This document shows positions 39,001 through 51,000 of a stretch of 64,000 nucleotides of DNA, piece by piece (position 1 is the first letter of the stretch; each line of letters opens with the position of its first letter). The notes beneath the pieces were generated by a model. It saw nothing but the letters and a program-made list of their open reading frames with translations. It ran no database searches and was not told where the DNA came from. The position numbers and the translations under genes are program-made. The DNA is from Candidatus Omnitrophota bacterium (GTDB taxonomy: Bacteria; Omnitrophota; Gorgyraeia; Duberdicusellales; 4484-171): assembly GCA_021735655.1 (NCBI GenBank), contig JAIPGM010000001.1, forward strand, positions 96,001 to 160,000. Reading direction: 5' to 3'.

Positions 39001-42000
39001 ATTTCTTGGTGAAACTGCAGTGAAGAAGGATGAACATCAGGATGCTGAACGTTGGTTTACTTTAGCTTTAAGAAGAGACCCAACCAACAAAGAATTGCTA
39101 GATAAGCTTAATCAAATACAAGTTTTAACTAACCAGCCGCTTGATAACGGCAAAGCCTCCCTAGAAGACCAAGCAGCTAGACAGCCTCTTGATAATGGCA
39201 AGCCTACGATTTTTTCAATTTCACCACAACTTCAGGGCACTCCTTTAGGTGAACGGTTGACGCAGCTTAATACTCTTTATCAGGAAAAAGGTACTAACGA
39301 ACAAGGCGCTAGGGCTGTAGTTGAGGCAGTTTTAGTTGAGCCGGAAATAAAACTTGAAGTCTCCCAAAGAATAAGACAGGCTGATCGCTTGGAAGAGACT
39401 CAAGGTTTTTCAGTATCAAAAACTTGGGCTGATCGTCTAAAGGATGAAGTTTTGAGCCGTTCAGTTGAAAAGTTAGTTGACCGGGAGATTTTCATATTTC
39501 AGATGGAGTATGAGTTGTCGGTGGGATTCTTGCAGGCTTTTTATGATTATCAGATTAGTTTAATGCGACAATATCGTAAGGCTGAGCTTGAAGCTGCTGA
39601 TAGCTTGGATCAGCAAACCGCTCTCGAAGCTGAAATAAGAAGAGATGCTACTCACAATACTTCCCAATTTGCTAAATTGCTTATGGCTGGTGGACTAGGA
39701 AGCTTTAAGCCGGATTTAGTCCGCGGCTGGTATCGAATTATTAAAGAATACCGTAGTTTAGCGGCTGCCCGAAATCAAATTCATGTTATGGGCATATTGT
39801 ACTCAAGTGCAATCAAGGGACAGCAGGAAAATCGAGGCTTGATGCAACTTAAGGGTCCAGCTCAGATAGCTGATAGTGATATTATCGAAACAGTTATCAT
39901 CAATCGAGCCAACCCTCAAAATGGTATGCTTGAATTAGTCGATACTTTTGAAGGGCCTGTTCCTGAATTTGGTATTGGTCAGTTAACCATTGAGTTATAT
40001 CGTAACCCACATTCTGAATTACAGGAATATTGGCTATATTGTCCGTCTCAGGTGGTTCAGGATAAATACGACGGGACTAGTGAAGTTGTTGAATGGTTGG
40101 AAAACGGAAGAGTCGTAGTTAGGCAAGCTCAAGTTTTCAATGAAGCTTATCCGGGAGAAACCTCTGATTATTGGCGGGCAGTTCAATCTTTAGTTTATCG
40201 CCGAGTTTGTTTAGAATTCATTCGTCGCGGTCAAGAGAATCGAAGGAATCATGAAAAGAAGCGAAAACCGCGCTGGGGAACTTATTTTGTCGGTAAAAAA
40301 TTACTTTTTTCAACTAGCGAAGTTAACACTACTTTAGTCATTCCTCAAGTTATCGAAGCTCAATACGGCCAGGTAGAAGATAGTCGGGGAAAGAGGGCAA
40401 AAAGAGTTATTCGCGGTGATAATTTTGCCAGATATTCTGGTTTTCGCGACGTAGTGGTTCATCATTATAACCATACGATTGTTCCAGCCGGCATGCCTTA
40501 CTATCCGCAGGATGCTGAAAATGACTTTTTTACTGAATTAAGCATTGCTGAACGATTCCGTCCGGCTATCCATGACGGAAAAATTGATTTAGTAAAAATA
40601 ACTGGTCAGGTCAGCGATGTTATCACTGGCTGCTCAACCATGCATACCCGGATTTTACGTGAGGAAATATTTGCTGAGTTTGCCGAAAAGGTAGTTGAGG
40701 ATCCTTTATTTGGTAATAGTGAAGGTTCAGATCTTGAGCGTTGGCAGGGAAGAAGAATCCAGACCACGGTTGCCCATTATCGAGATCAATTAGGGGTAAC
40801 CGGAAGCCATCAAGAGTTTTTCGCGGCTTTAGGCAAAGTTTCCGACGGACAACCAAGGGTCAAGCGAGACTTCATTGCAAGTATTTTACGTGCTAAACAT
40901 AAACAAAAAGAATTATTTGTCCGAAAGCTATTTGATGGTACTTTTGGCGATCTGGGAGTAACGGAAGCGGAGTTTAAAGCTGCCGGAAAATCTATCTTAG
41001 ATATGCCATTTTTTACTTTTGTCCGCCGTTTTGTTGATTATAAATGCCCCAATCTTATCATTGATATGCTGTTTAATAAAGAATATCGCGATAGAATTGT
41101 TGCCGCTAACGCCGTAATTTTAATCGGTGGTCGCCGCTTTAGTTGGTTTTTTGAAAAACAGCGTGAACGGTTACGTCAATTAATAAGACAGGATCCGAGA
41201 ATGAGATTTCATGTTTTATTTATTGAGGAACATAATATACATACCTCTCCGATAATGCAGCAGGGCACTGATTTTGGCGGAATGCTTTCCTGGGAAGGAA
41301 AAGAAGCCGGCCCAACTAGTTTTGGTAATGCTCAACAAAATGCTTCGCCGACTATTGGAACCTTAGATGGGGTTATCCCAGAACGTTTGAGGCCGATTGT
41401 GCGTGGCCAACAGGGAGAAATCATTAGTGGAACCGGATATGTTGTTGAATACTCACAGGAGCGTAAAGGTGGAGTAAGAATTCCGGATATTAATTCGTTA
41501 GTGCTTCAAATTGAACAAGCCAGCAGAGACTACGCCGATAAATTAGTTTATGGTCAAATTGCCGTAAATGCTTTAGCTATGGGCATGACCCAAGGCGATA
41601 TTGACAATCAGGCCAAGGGCTTAATTGCAGTTTGGGGGAACTTATTAGAGCAAGCAAGGCCAGCGGCTGTACCTTTAGATAATGGAAAAGTATCTAAGGC
41701 ATCCATAGGTAATAGAAATTTTGGCCAAAAATTATTTAATTTTTTAAAATGGTTTATTGCTCCAAAAAGTCCTAAAATGCTTCAGTTTCTTACTGAGGCA
41801 ATTGTAAATACTACTGGTTTGTCAGCCGATATTACTCAAAAGTTAGAAGAAATAAGAAGGCAGATCGAACAAGCTGAAGATAAGAAAGAGCCTTTAGACA
41901 ATGGTCGGGATAAATTAAGCCCTAGAATATCAAAATTGCTTGCACAAGGAACTGAAGATCCTCAAGTGCAATATCAATTACTAGAGATTATTCGCGCCCA

Positions 42001-45000
42001 ACAGCAACCAGTAGTCGGGATGATGGATAATTACCATTTAAATGGTCAAAGGGTTCGCTTTGCGCCTGAGGAAAGTTTAGCTGTAGTCGCAGAATTTGAT
42101 CGTGGTAGTTTTAGAAGAGCATTCAGTCCAAAATTAAGGACGATGATTATTGAAACTCATCCCGATGATTTAATCATTCATGCCGGTGCTACGGCAAATA
42201 TGTTTGTTAGTGAAACTAGGGGAATGATAACTGAGCTTATTCCGCAATATCCGGGATACCGCAATAATATGCCAATTTTTGTTACAGCAGTTCCTGATCC
42301 AGCCGGAGTAACTGATAATTTTGCTTTTAATTTTTTCCAAGGCAAATTAACTTCTTTGGAGGCGGCAAAAAGAGAAGTCCGGGCCCAGGAAGCGATCTTA
42401 AATGCTGGTTTTATTGGTTGGAATCAGACTGGCAATGCCAGTGAAAGGCACATTAATCTTGATTTAAGATTAAGCTTGATTAAAGCAGTCAGAAGGCCGG
42501 ATGGAAGCCTTGATTCTTATCGTAGTGTTTTTCAGAGATTAACTAAAAGTGAACTTGAAAAAATTGACGCTGTTGTAAGGGAGAATGCGGCTGATCAATA
42601 TTTTATGGTCCATCCGTTTAGCAATCATCCACACCATCGGGTTGTAACTCATGCCTTTTTAGAAGCGATTTACACTCACAATCCGCAAGCAACTATATAT
42701 TTTTGGGCTAATCAAGAAGAACACCAACAGTTAATGACCCAGGCTAATGTATTTTTTGTTTTTAGTGAGGGCATGGAGAATTGGAAAGGGTTAATTATTT
42801 TTAACGGAAACCATTCGCAAAATGAACGCCGAGGCGGAAATGGTGAATATTATTGTGATGCTGCTCGGAGTATGGATTTAGCTACCTGGGAAAATTTACA
42901 AGAAAGACTTGCTCGAGAGGAAACTAGTTCGGTAAATTTAAATAGTTTACCGCTTTGGCGACCGCATGCAGAAAGATTTGTAAAGGTAAGGATTGAGCCA
43001 GTCGGTCAAGATGTCCTGAGCACTCCTTTGGATAATGGGAAATCAACTAAGCAGCCAGAGAAAGAGGTAGTTTCTGATTCCCAAAACGATTTTTCTTTAG
43101 AGCAACTGAAAGCGCTTACGGTTGGTAGCCCTAATCTTTCTTTCGGGGTAGGTATTTTAGCTCGTCATCAAGAGGTGGATTTAATTATTCAGGCTTTTGG
43201 TAAGAGAATAATCAAGCGCGGTGCTTTTTACCAGACAAGACCTTGGGAGGAAACCTTAAAAACCGATTTAGCTTCACCTAACGCAGCTAAAGTAGATTTA
43301 GCCATTAAAACATTAGCCAGTTTAGGCGGAGATTACGCGGCCAGAGCTAGGCGCTTTGAACAAGATATAACCGTAATTGAAGTCGACCTGCCAACCCATT
43401 TTCTTTTATACGGCCAGGATTTAACCGGCGAGATTTATTATCAGCTTACTCATATTGGTCTTGAGCGAAGAATAATTTATCTTCCAAGTAAATATCTAGA
43501 GGATGCAAGTGGACCAGAGTTTGTAGCTACTATTTTTAACCACGATCAAAGCGAGCTTGAGGAGTTCATTCCTTTTTTATTAAGTGGCCGAAATATCACC
43601 GATCAAATGGTTGAGCAGGCTCATCAACGGGCCATGCAAGACGATCCTTTTGGTGTTTACCCCCAGGTCGATGACTTGCTTTCTGATATGCAGGCTTATG
43701 ATGATATGTTTACCCAATCGATGGTTGTAGCTCAAATTGCTGCCGTAGATTCAGCTGTTACTACAAAGAATCGTCAGCTATTAGATGCTTTAGCCTCCCG
43801 CACGCCAAGTGGGCCAGAAGCCTTAAAGGCTAAAGGCCTTTTATTTGAACTAGCCAACCTTGAAACTAAAATTGGTTGTTTGTATGAGGCATTAGGCCAA
43901 AGAAAAAGTGCAATCAGTCATTATCGTAGCGGCGTAGCCGCATTGTCCAGAGTCTCAAAAACAACTATAATTGATACTGGTTTGTTGCCGCTTCAATTAC
44001 AGGTAAGAATGCTTTACCTCTATGCTCGCGAAGGCATGTTTGGCCGTCTTCGAAGTGGTTTTCGTAAATTTTCCCAAGTTAAAATTGGTCGCCAAGCTGA
44101 GGCTTCTGAGGTTGAGCTTTTTGAATGGTATATGGATAGCAATTTTGTGCCGGTAAGAAGAGCTGTGGTTGGAATCCTGCGGCATCACATTACTTGTGGG
44201 CATAACAACTACCCTAAAGATCAGGTAATGACTACTGTTAGATATATTGAACAGTGTCAATATATTCCTTCGGATATAACCCCACGTCTTAAACCAGCTT
44301 ATCTTCAAATTAGAAACACTCCAAGCTTAGCTAATGTTTTTTCAGCCGCCGAATATTTTAGGAGACATAAAGTTCCCGGCTGGGATAAGGTTTTAGCTAA
44401 AACCTTAGGCGGTAATGGCCAGATGGAGGAAGAATATTTGGGTGAATTTGTTGAAGCTAAAGCAGCTGAAGATCAAGTTTGTTATTCGCGGGTAATCGAG
44501 CTTAGCCTTGAGGGCCACGGTCCAGAGATAGATTTTGTACTTGAAGTTGATCGGGCAAAGTATCATCGTAACAATCAAGGGCAATATGGTAATTTAGATG
44601 AGGGAATTTATCTTGGTGAATCCAAGACATTTAATCGACAATTTAACTTAGATTTGGTTACCGAACATACAATTGATGATAAACAAAGCAAATATCGTTT
44701 AGTGGCCGCAAGGTTAAATAAGCTTCCCGATCCAGTTTTTAACGGCCGCATGAAGGGTATTGTTTTTGCTATGGGGGGAAGCTCGGTTACGGCAGCGGGA
44801 GTTCTAGAGTTTAGGTTAAGACAAAGAGAAGTGGATGAGGGATTAGAAACTTTGAGCTTAGTTGAATATGTAGCTTACATCCCGGATACTATTGATGCTG
44901 ACGAAGAGATAACTTTAAGTGTTAAGGAGGAAATTTATATTATTAAATGGGTAAGAGAGTTAGTTGAGCGGGGAGTAATTGAAGAAAATGAGGTTACCCG

Positions 45001-48000
45001 CGTTGAGCGTGTATTTATGGAAATAGCTTCAACTAGCAGCCGTTATGTATTACAAAGTATAGTTTGTGCAAAGTTAAGAGAAAAAACCGGGGAAGGTGAT
45101 ACTTCTTCAGCCAAGCGTCAGTCAGAACAAATTTGGCAAGAAATTATAGCTGAGCTAGAGGCTGAAGCTTTTCCAAATCGAAAACCACTTGATAACGGCC
45201 GCGATGGTCAAGCTGATTTAGCTCGTCAACAGTTAGCTGAAAGTTTGAGAGGGCGCTTGACCGGATTGCTAGATTCTGGTCTTAATCCGGAAAATAGCCT
45301 ACTTGTAACTCATGTTGGTCGACCGAATAAGGCTGGCACGCTTAGGGGTTTGGGTTTACGAGTTTACGAGATGGTTATTCAAGGAGTCAATAAACTTTAT
45401 TATGACCGACGGACTGTAAGAACCATCCCTTTATTTTCTAATAGTTTAGATTGTCCTTATCCTGGTGGTTATCATTCCCAGGGTGGAATGCTTACACCGG
45501 AGGCTAGGCAGGATATTGTTAGCCGGGGAGATGTTTTTATTCTAAGCGGAGGTGAGCTTGAAATATGCTTGCAGATGACTTTTAGCGAATTAATCGATGC
45601 TTTAAATCAAGCTGGAAGAACTACGGTGATATTTGTTCCGCTTGAAGCAACTAGTAGATTTATAAATTTAGAGTCGGCAACCGGCTATGCTGATTATTTA
45701 AAAAGCCGAGCGATAAGCTATGAAGAGTATGATTTTACTAAAAACGAGGTAACTCTAGCTCAACCGGCTACGCCACAGGTATTATTAGTTTGGACTAAGA
45801 CCGCTCAGGAAACTCTTTATTGGTTAGATTTCATAGCTAGGCATCAAAGACTTGTTGCTGAGAAACTTATTGAATCTTTGGGCTCAACTGAGGCAAATGT
45901 ACGTAAAGATGCCGCCGCTAGAATAATTACTATTGCTAAATTAATTGGTCACAACCAAGAAGATAATATATTTGGTCGTCATCCTTTAGATTGGCTTTAT
46001 GGTCATGATGACCATCGCCAGACTACGCCGCAAGAACGCAGGCTTTTATCGGAAGTTTCTTGGTTTCCTTCTGATGCTGTTCATCGAGATGAGGAGCAAG
46101 TACTTTTAACCAATCGCCGAAGAGTAAAAAGCAGAGTAACTGAAGTAAGAAAATCTTTAAGAAATAGGATTTTGTTTGACGTTAAGGCAAAATTGGAATT
46201 ATTAAAACAGCGTTTAGCTGATTCTGAAATTCAGGCTGCAGTAGATTTGGTAAGCTTTGGCTTTGATTCAAGTTTACCGGATCAAGGATCACGCAAGATA
46301 GCTGTTCTTAGAAAATTAGAGAGAAATCTCCAAGAGCTAACTACCCAGATAGAAAGGGCTAAAGCTTCTGGTAGTATTGGAGTGATAATTGTGCCTTTAA
46401 TTGATGAGGCTTTAAGTAGTCTACGGCGGCACGTAAATACGATTAGACATTGGTCGGATTATAAAAAAGGAAGCTATGTGCTTAGGCAGTTAGTTGATTG
46501 GATGGTTCGAAAGCATTTTGAGCCGCAGCATGCTCAATATCGGCAGATAAAATCAGCTAAAGTTTTGGGACGAGTCGATAACGGAGATGAAAAATTTTGG
46601 CAACTTCCGATTTGGCCGTTGGCTGATAACGGTGAGGTTGATTTAGGCTTAACTGGCTGGATGCTTACTTCGCGACAACGGGCTCCGCCAGAATATTTTC
46701 AAAGAAGAAAAGTTTCCCTAGCCGAATTAGCTGGTTTAAAACCAATCCAACTTACCTTATTTAATCTTGATGATTTTACTGGTTCTGGGCAACCCTTAGA
46801 TAATGGCCGAGTGCCTCTCGATAATGGTAAACCTTTATTAGAAAATAGAGATAAACCTAAAGAAACAGGCAGCCACCTTAGAGTAATGCTGGGTTTTCTA
46901 AGTCCGATCAGAGATGAAACCAAAATAGATGAACCCTTGAGTATTTCCGTGTTAGCTGGAGTATTAAGAGATGAGTTTAAGGGCACGGTAGACGTTGCCA
47001 CGGTCCACCCTCTTGTTGAAAAGGGAGGCCTTGAAGGGGTAAAGGAAAGGATAAGAAAAGAACAGCCGGACATCTTAGGATTATCTTTGTTTTTTGGTAG
47101 TTTAGATTATTTAAGAGAATTAATGGCTTATATACGTACTTTGCCAGAAGAAGTTAGGCCTTTAGTGATACTTGGCAATGTGTTGGCTAAATATAATTTA
47201 GGATTGATTTTAAAGGAATTTCCAGAAGTTGGAATTTGTACTGGAGAAGGAGAAAATACTATACGAGATTTTGTGCGTTATTACCGGGGGGAGATGGGTC
47301 TTTTGCAGATTACCAATTTTGCCTATATACATCAAGGGGTACCGAGAGTAAATTTACCTCAACAACGCACTGATTTGTCTGATATTGGAATGCCTCAGCG
47401 GGATATTTTTTCTCACGTCATCAGAACCGGCGGGGTCGTATTTTTAGAAACAAGCCGTTCTTGTTCGCATAATTGTGCAATGTGTAGTCGTAAGACTTAT
47501 TTGGAAGGAGCAGAATTTTCTCAAGTAGGTTGGCGTGGACGTCCGCTTGAGGATGTCATAAGAGATATGGCTGATGTAAGTCGTCAAGGAGCCAGATTTG
47601 TTAATTTCGTTGATGAAGATATTTTTGGTGGAGGCCTTGTACGGGTTATGGAGCTTGCCCAGAGAATTATTTTTGCTAAGGCACGAGGCGAGATTCATCC
47701 CGATTTAACCTTTGGCAGTTCAGCTAGCGTGAGATCAATCTATGTCCAACCAGAAGGTGATACTAAAGCTAGGGCTCAGATTGAAGCCGATAACGAGCTG
47801 AGGATAGAGGCACTTACAAGATTAAAACAAGCTGGCTTAGTGGTTTTATTTACAGGTATCGAGTCAGGTTCTCCTACTCAGCTTGCTCGATACGGAAAAG
47901 ATGCCACAGTATTTGAAAATGAAATGGCCTTACGGATAATCGATGAAGCAGGCATACACAATGTTCCTGGTTTTATTATGTTTGATCAAAAGGTCACAAT

Positions 48001-51000
48001 CGAGGAGCTGCGAGAGGATATTGCATTTTTACGAAGAACCGGGATGGATAAAAAAATTACCTATCCGCTTAGAACTTACTATCCTTTAAGGGGTGCTATG
48101 TGCACTGATCAACTGGTGGTAGATGGTCTTGTGGATGCAGAGCGATATAATGCAAGTCAGTTAGCCTATGAATACGTTTATGAGGATCAAGATGCTGCTA
48201 CTTTGTTGTGGGCTTTAAAATCTTGGGAAAAAAGCCAAATGCTATTCTTTTGGATTATTAAGATAATTTTTCGTTCTTCACGGTTTGGTGAGCTATCACC
48301 GGAGACACAAGCATTATTCAAAGAGGTTATGGCTGATCAAACTGTTATTTTACTTGATTATTTGGAAGATTTAGTTAATTGCTCATCAAGTTCTCAATAC
48401 CCAGAGATTGATCTTAGATATAGTGATAGATTAATAAATACCATGCTGTCTATTTTAGGCTTAATTAACGAAGGTCAGCTATCTATAGATGGCTCACATC
48501 TTTCGGAAGTTATTTACGGAAGCATAACCAGGGAAATCGTCCGTGTGCATCTTTTACATTTGCCATTTACTTTAAATGATATTTTTGAAATGGTAAAAGT
48601 AAGGTTTGGTGCTGAACTTAGTCTGCCTATGCTCAAGAGAGCTTTAAGCAGCTTTGTGAACGAGGGCGCTATGGAGTATTGTGAAGGCAGGTATTCATTA
48701 ACAGCTAAATTTTGGGATTTAAAAGGAATGCCTTATTATGATTTGCCAAGACCATACCGAGGAGGCGAATCTAACCTTGCTCAAGCGAGTTTACCAGTTC
48801 CACATCTTGATGTATTTAGGCAAAGAGCAGGCATTTTAGAGTTAGAGGTAGCTTATAACCAAGTCAGAGTTTTTGGGGAAGTATTATACGCTGCAGTTGG
48901 TTTTATCCTTTTTGCTATAGTTGGTGTTTTGATTATCCATACTTTGGCTGGAGGGTTTGTGGTTGGCTTTTTCGGATTAGTTATATTTGTTTATTTTTAT
49001 TCCAAATCGTTTCCTAAATCAAAATATAAAATAGTTGAGCAAGGGTTGAAAATGTTTAGTGGTCAAAGAATTGGTAGCCAAGATTTCATAAAACTATCTT
49101 TGGTGTTTAGGGACCTTTTAGCTGATGATTGCGATAATATAATAATACAACTTCTTGCTCGATCGGGAATCGAAGCAGCTAATGAGCTTGCCCAGAATAG
49201 GTACCTAGAGGAAACCTTGGGCGTGCAGTCTCCCCTTGATAATGGTAAAGATCCCTTTCTTACAGTCGATATTAGCCAATTGCCAGGAATGCTGTTAAAT
49301 AGAAATTATCAGAAAGCAATTGCAATATTTGAGAGCTTAGACGTTTTTAAAGACGGTGACGCTTTGAGAGACTTGCTTTCTGGCTTCAGGGAAATGTATG
49401 AAAATAATTACGATTTCAGGTCACGTCTTCTAGAATGTTTCATCCATTTATATGAAACCCAGCGCCAGCAGTGGTCTAAGGCCGAAAGAACCTTAAGGGT
49501 AATCTATGAACAGCAGACAGCTGAGGAAGATTTATCTTTGCTGTGGGTGAGGAAAATTGCCGTTGATATTTGGTCTGAGATTGCAAGTAGAGAGATAAAA
49601 CTTTCTGATGAACAAATGGTACCGGTTGAACAGGTAGGAGTTGATCTACAGGTAACTGAGGTCTGTTGCTATGAGTGTCCTTGGTGTTTATATCATCACA
49701 CGCCAAAAGGCCCGGCCCGGAGAAACCTTCACCGTTTAAGCGAAGCCGAGGCCGTAGACATAGTCAGTCAGTTTATGGAGGCAGAAACCTTTTCTTTGGC
49801 GCCGTTTAGTTTCACCGGCGGGGAACCTTCAATGAATCGGAAAGTTTTATTTGCTGCTCTTGAGGCAGCTACCCGACGTCAGCAAGCTGGATTTATTAAT
49901 GTATTTAGTAATGGTATTTGGGCTCGAGACGTAGAGGCTGCTGAGCGTATGCTAAACGCTCTTGCTGAGAAAGCAATCATCAGACTGGTTATCAATAGTG
50001 GGCTTTTGCCCGAAGGCCTTGAGCGGATTAAGCATATTGTTGACGCTTACGGCAGATTGGATAGTTCAATACAATACCGCATAGAACTTGGTATAGCCGT
50101 TCCTTTATTGGGCGATGAGATTATAACTTATCTTGAATCAGTGCGGCAAGCGCTTAAGGGAAAATTTCTTATTCAGCCGTCTAATGGCGCTATTACTGCC
50201 GTAGACATGTTTGAAATGTATCATTTAACAAATTGTAAGGTTGGTATTCAATTGTCTAATAGTCGTATTCTCATTATACATCCTGAATCGATTGCTATAA
50301 GTCATGCTAATAAGGGTCGCCTTGCTTTAAGAGAAAAGCAGATTGAAGCTTACCGGCTTAACCGCCCGGTTTGGTCGTCATGGCAAAGCAATGGGTCGCG
50401 CTATGTGCAATTTGTGGCGCAAAGTGACCTTTGGGTTTTAGCTAATCCTTTTTTCTGGGGCTATGGCAATCCTCGGCAGTGGAGTTTTGATTTTATGAAT
50501 GTTAGTCAGCTACATGAAGCCTATCAGCGTGATCCGCTTTGGCAGATGCTTTCAACTGTGCCAGCCGAGGAGATTATAGAACAAATGCGGCAGCTTTTTG
50601 TCACAGTCCCTCAGGGCGTTGATCGTTGGTTATCTGGTCTTCATGCGGTCCATCCGATTGCTAGCAGTTTTGCCGCTGAACTTTTACAGGATTCGCGCGT
50701 GCGTTATTGGCTAAGAAGATGGCATAGTGGTGATTCAGTTAATGAGCCATATCCGGAGTTATTGATGCCGGAATTAAGTCAAAAACAAAATTCACCTAAA
50801 TCAATTCCTTTGGATAACGGCCGAGTGCCTCTTGATAATGGTAAACCGTTCATGCAAAAGTTTAAACCTTCAGAAACTCTAGGCTATTCAGTGATTAACG
50901 GTCCTAGACATAGAGTGATGATTATTAATGTTTTGCCGCAAGATAAACAAGCTTCTTTAGAAACTCAAACTCAGAGCATAATTTCACAAGTAGATTCAGC

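Noticed and set aside
46699-47073. 124-aa minus-strand ORF, the longest in the supplied track; similarly 31131-31454, 43997-44308, 61633-61923 and 5215-5502
   Set aside because: These lie antisense to the continuous + strand frame-2 ORF. Their translations are low-complexity, Ser/Leu/Pro-rich and typical of antisense reading of a coding strand. No domain-like motifs were seen. They are considered spurious.
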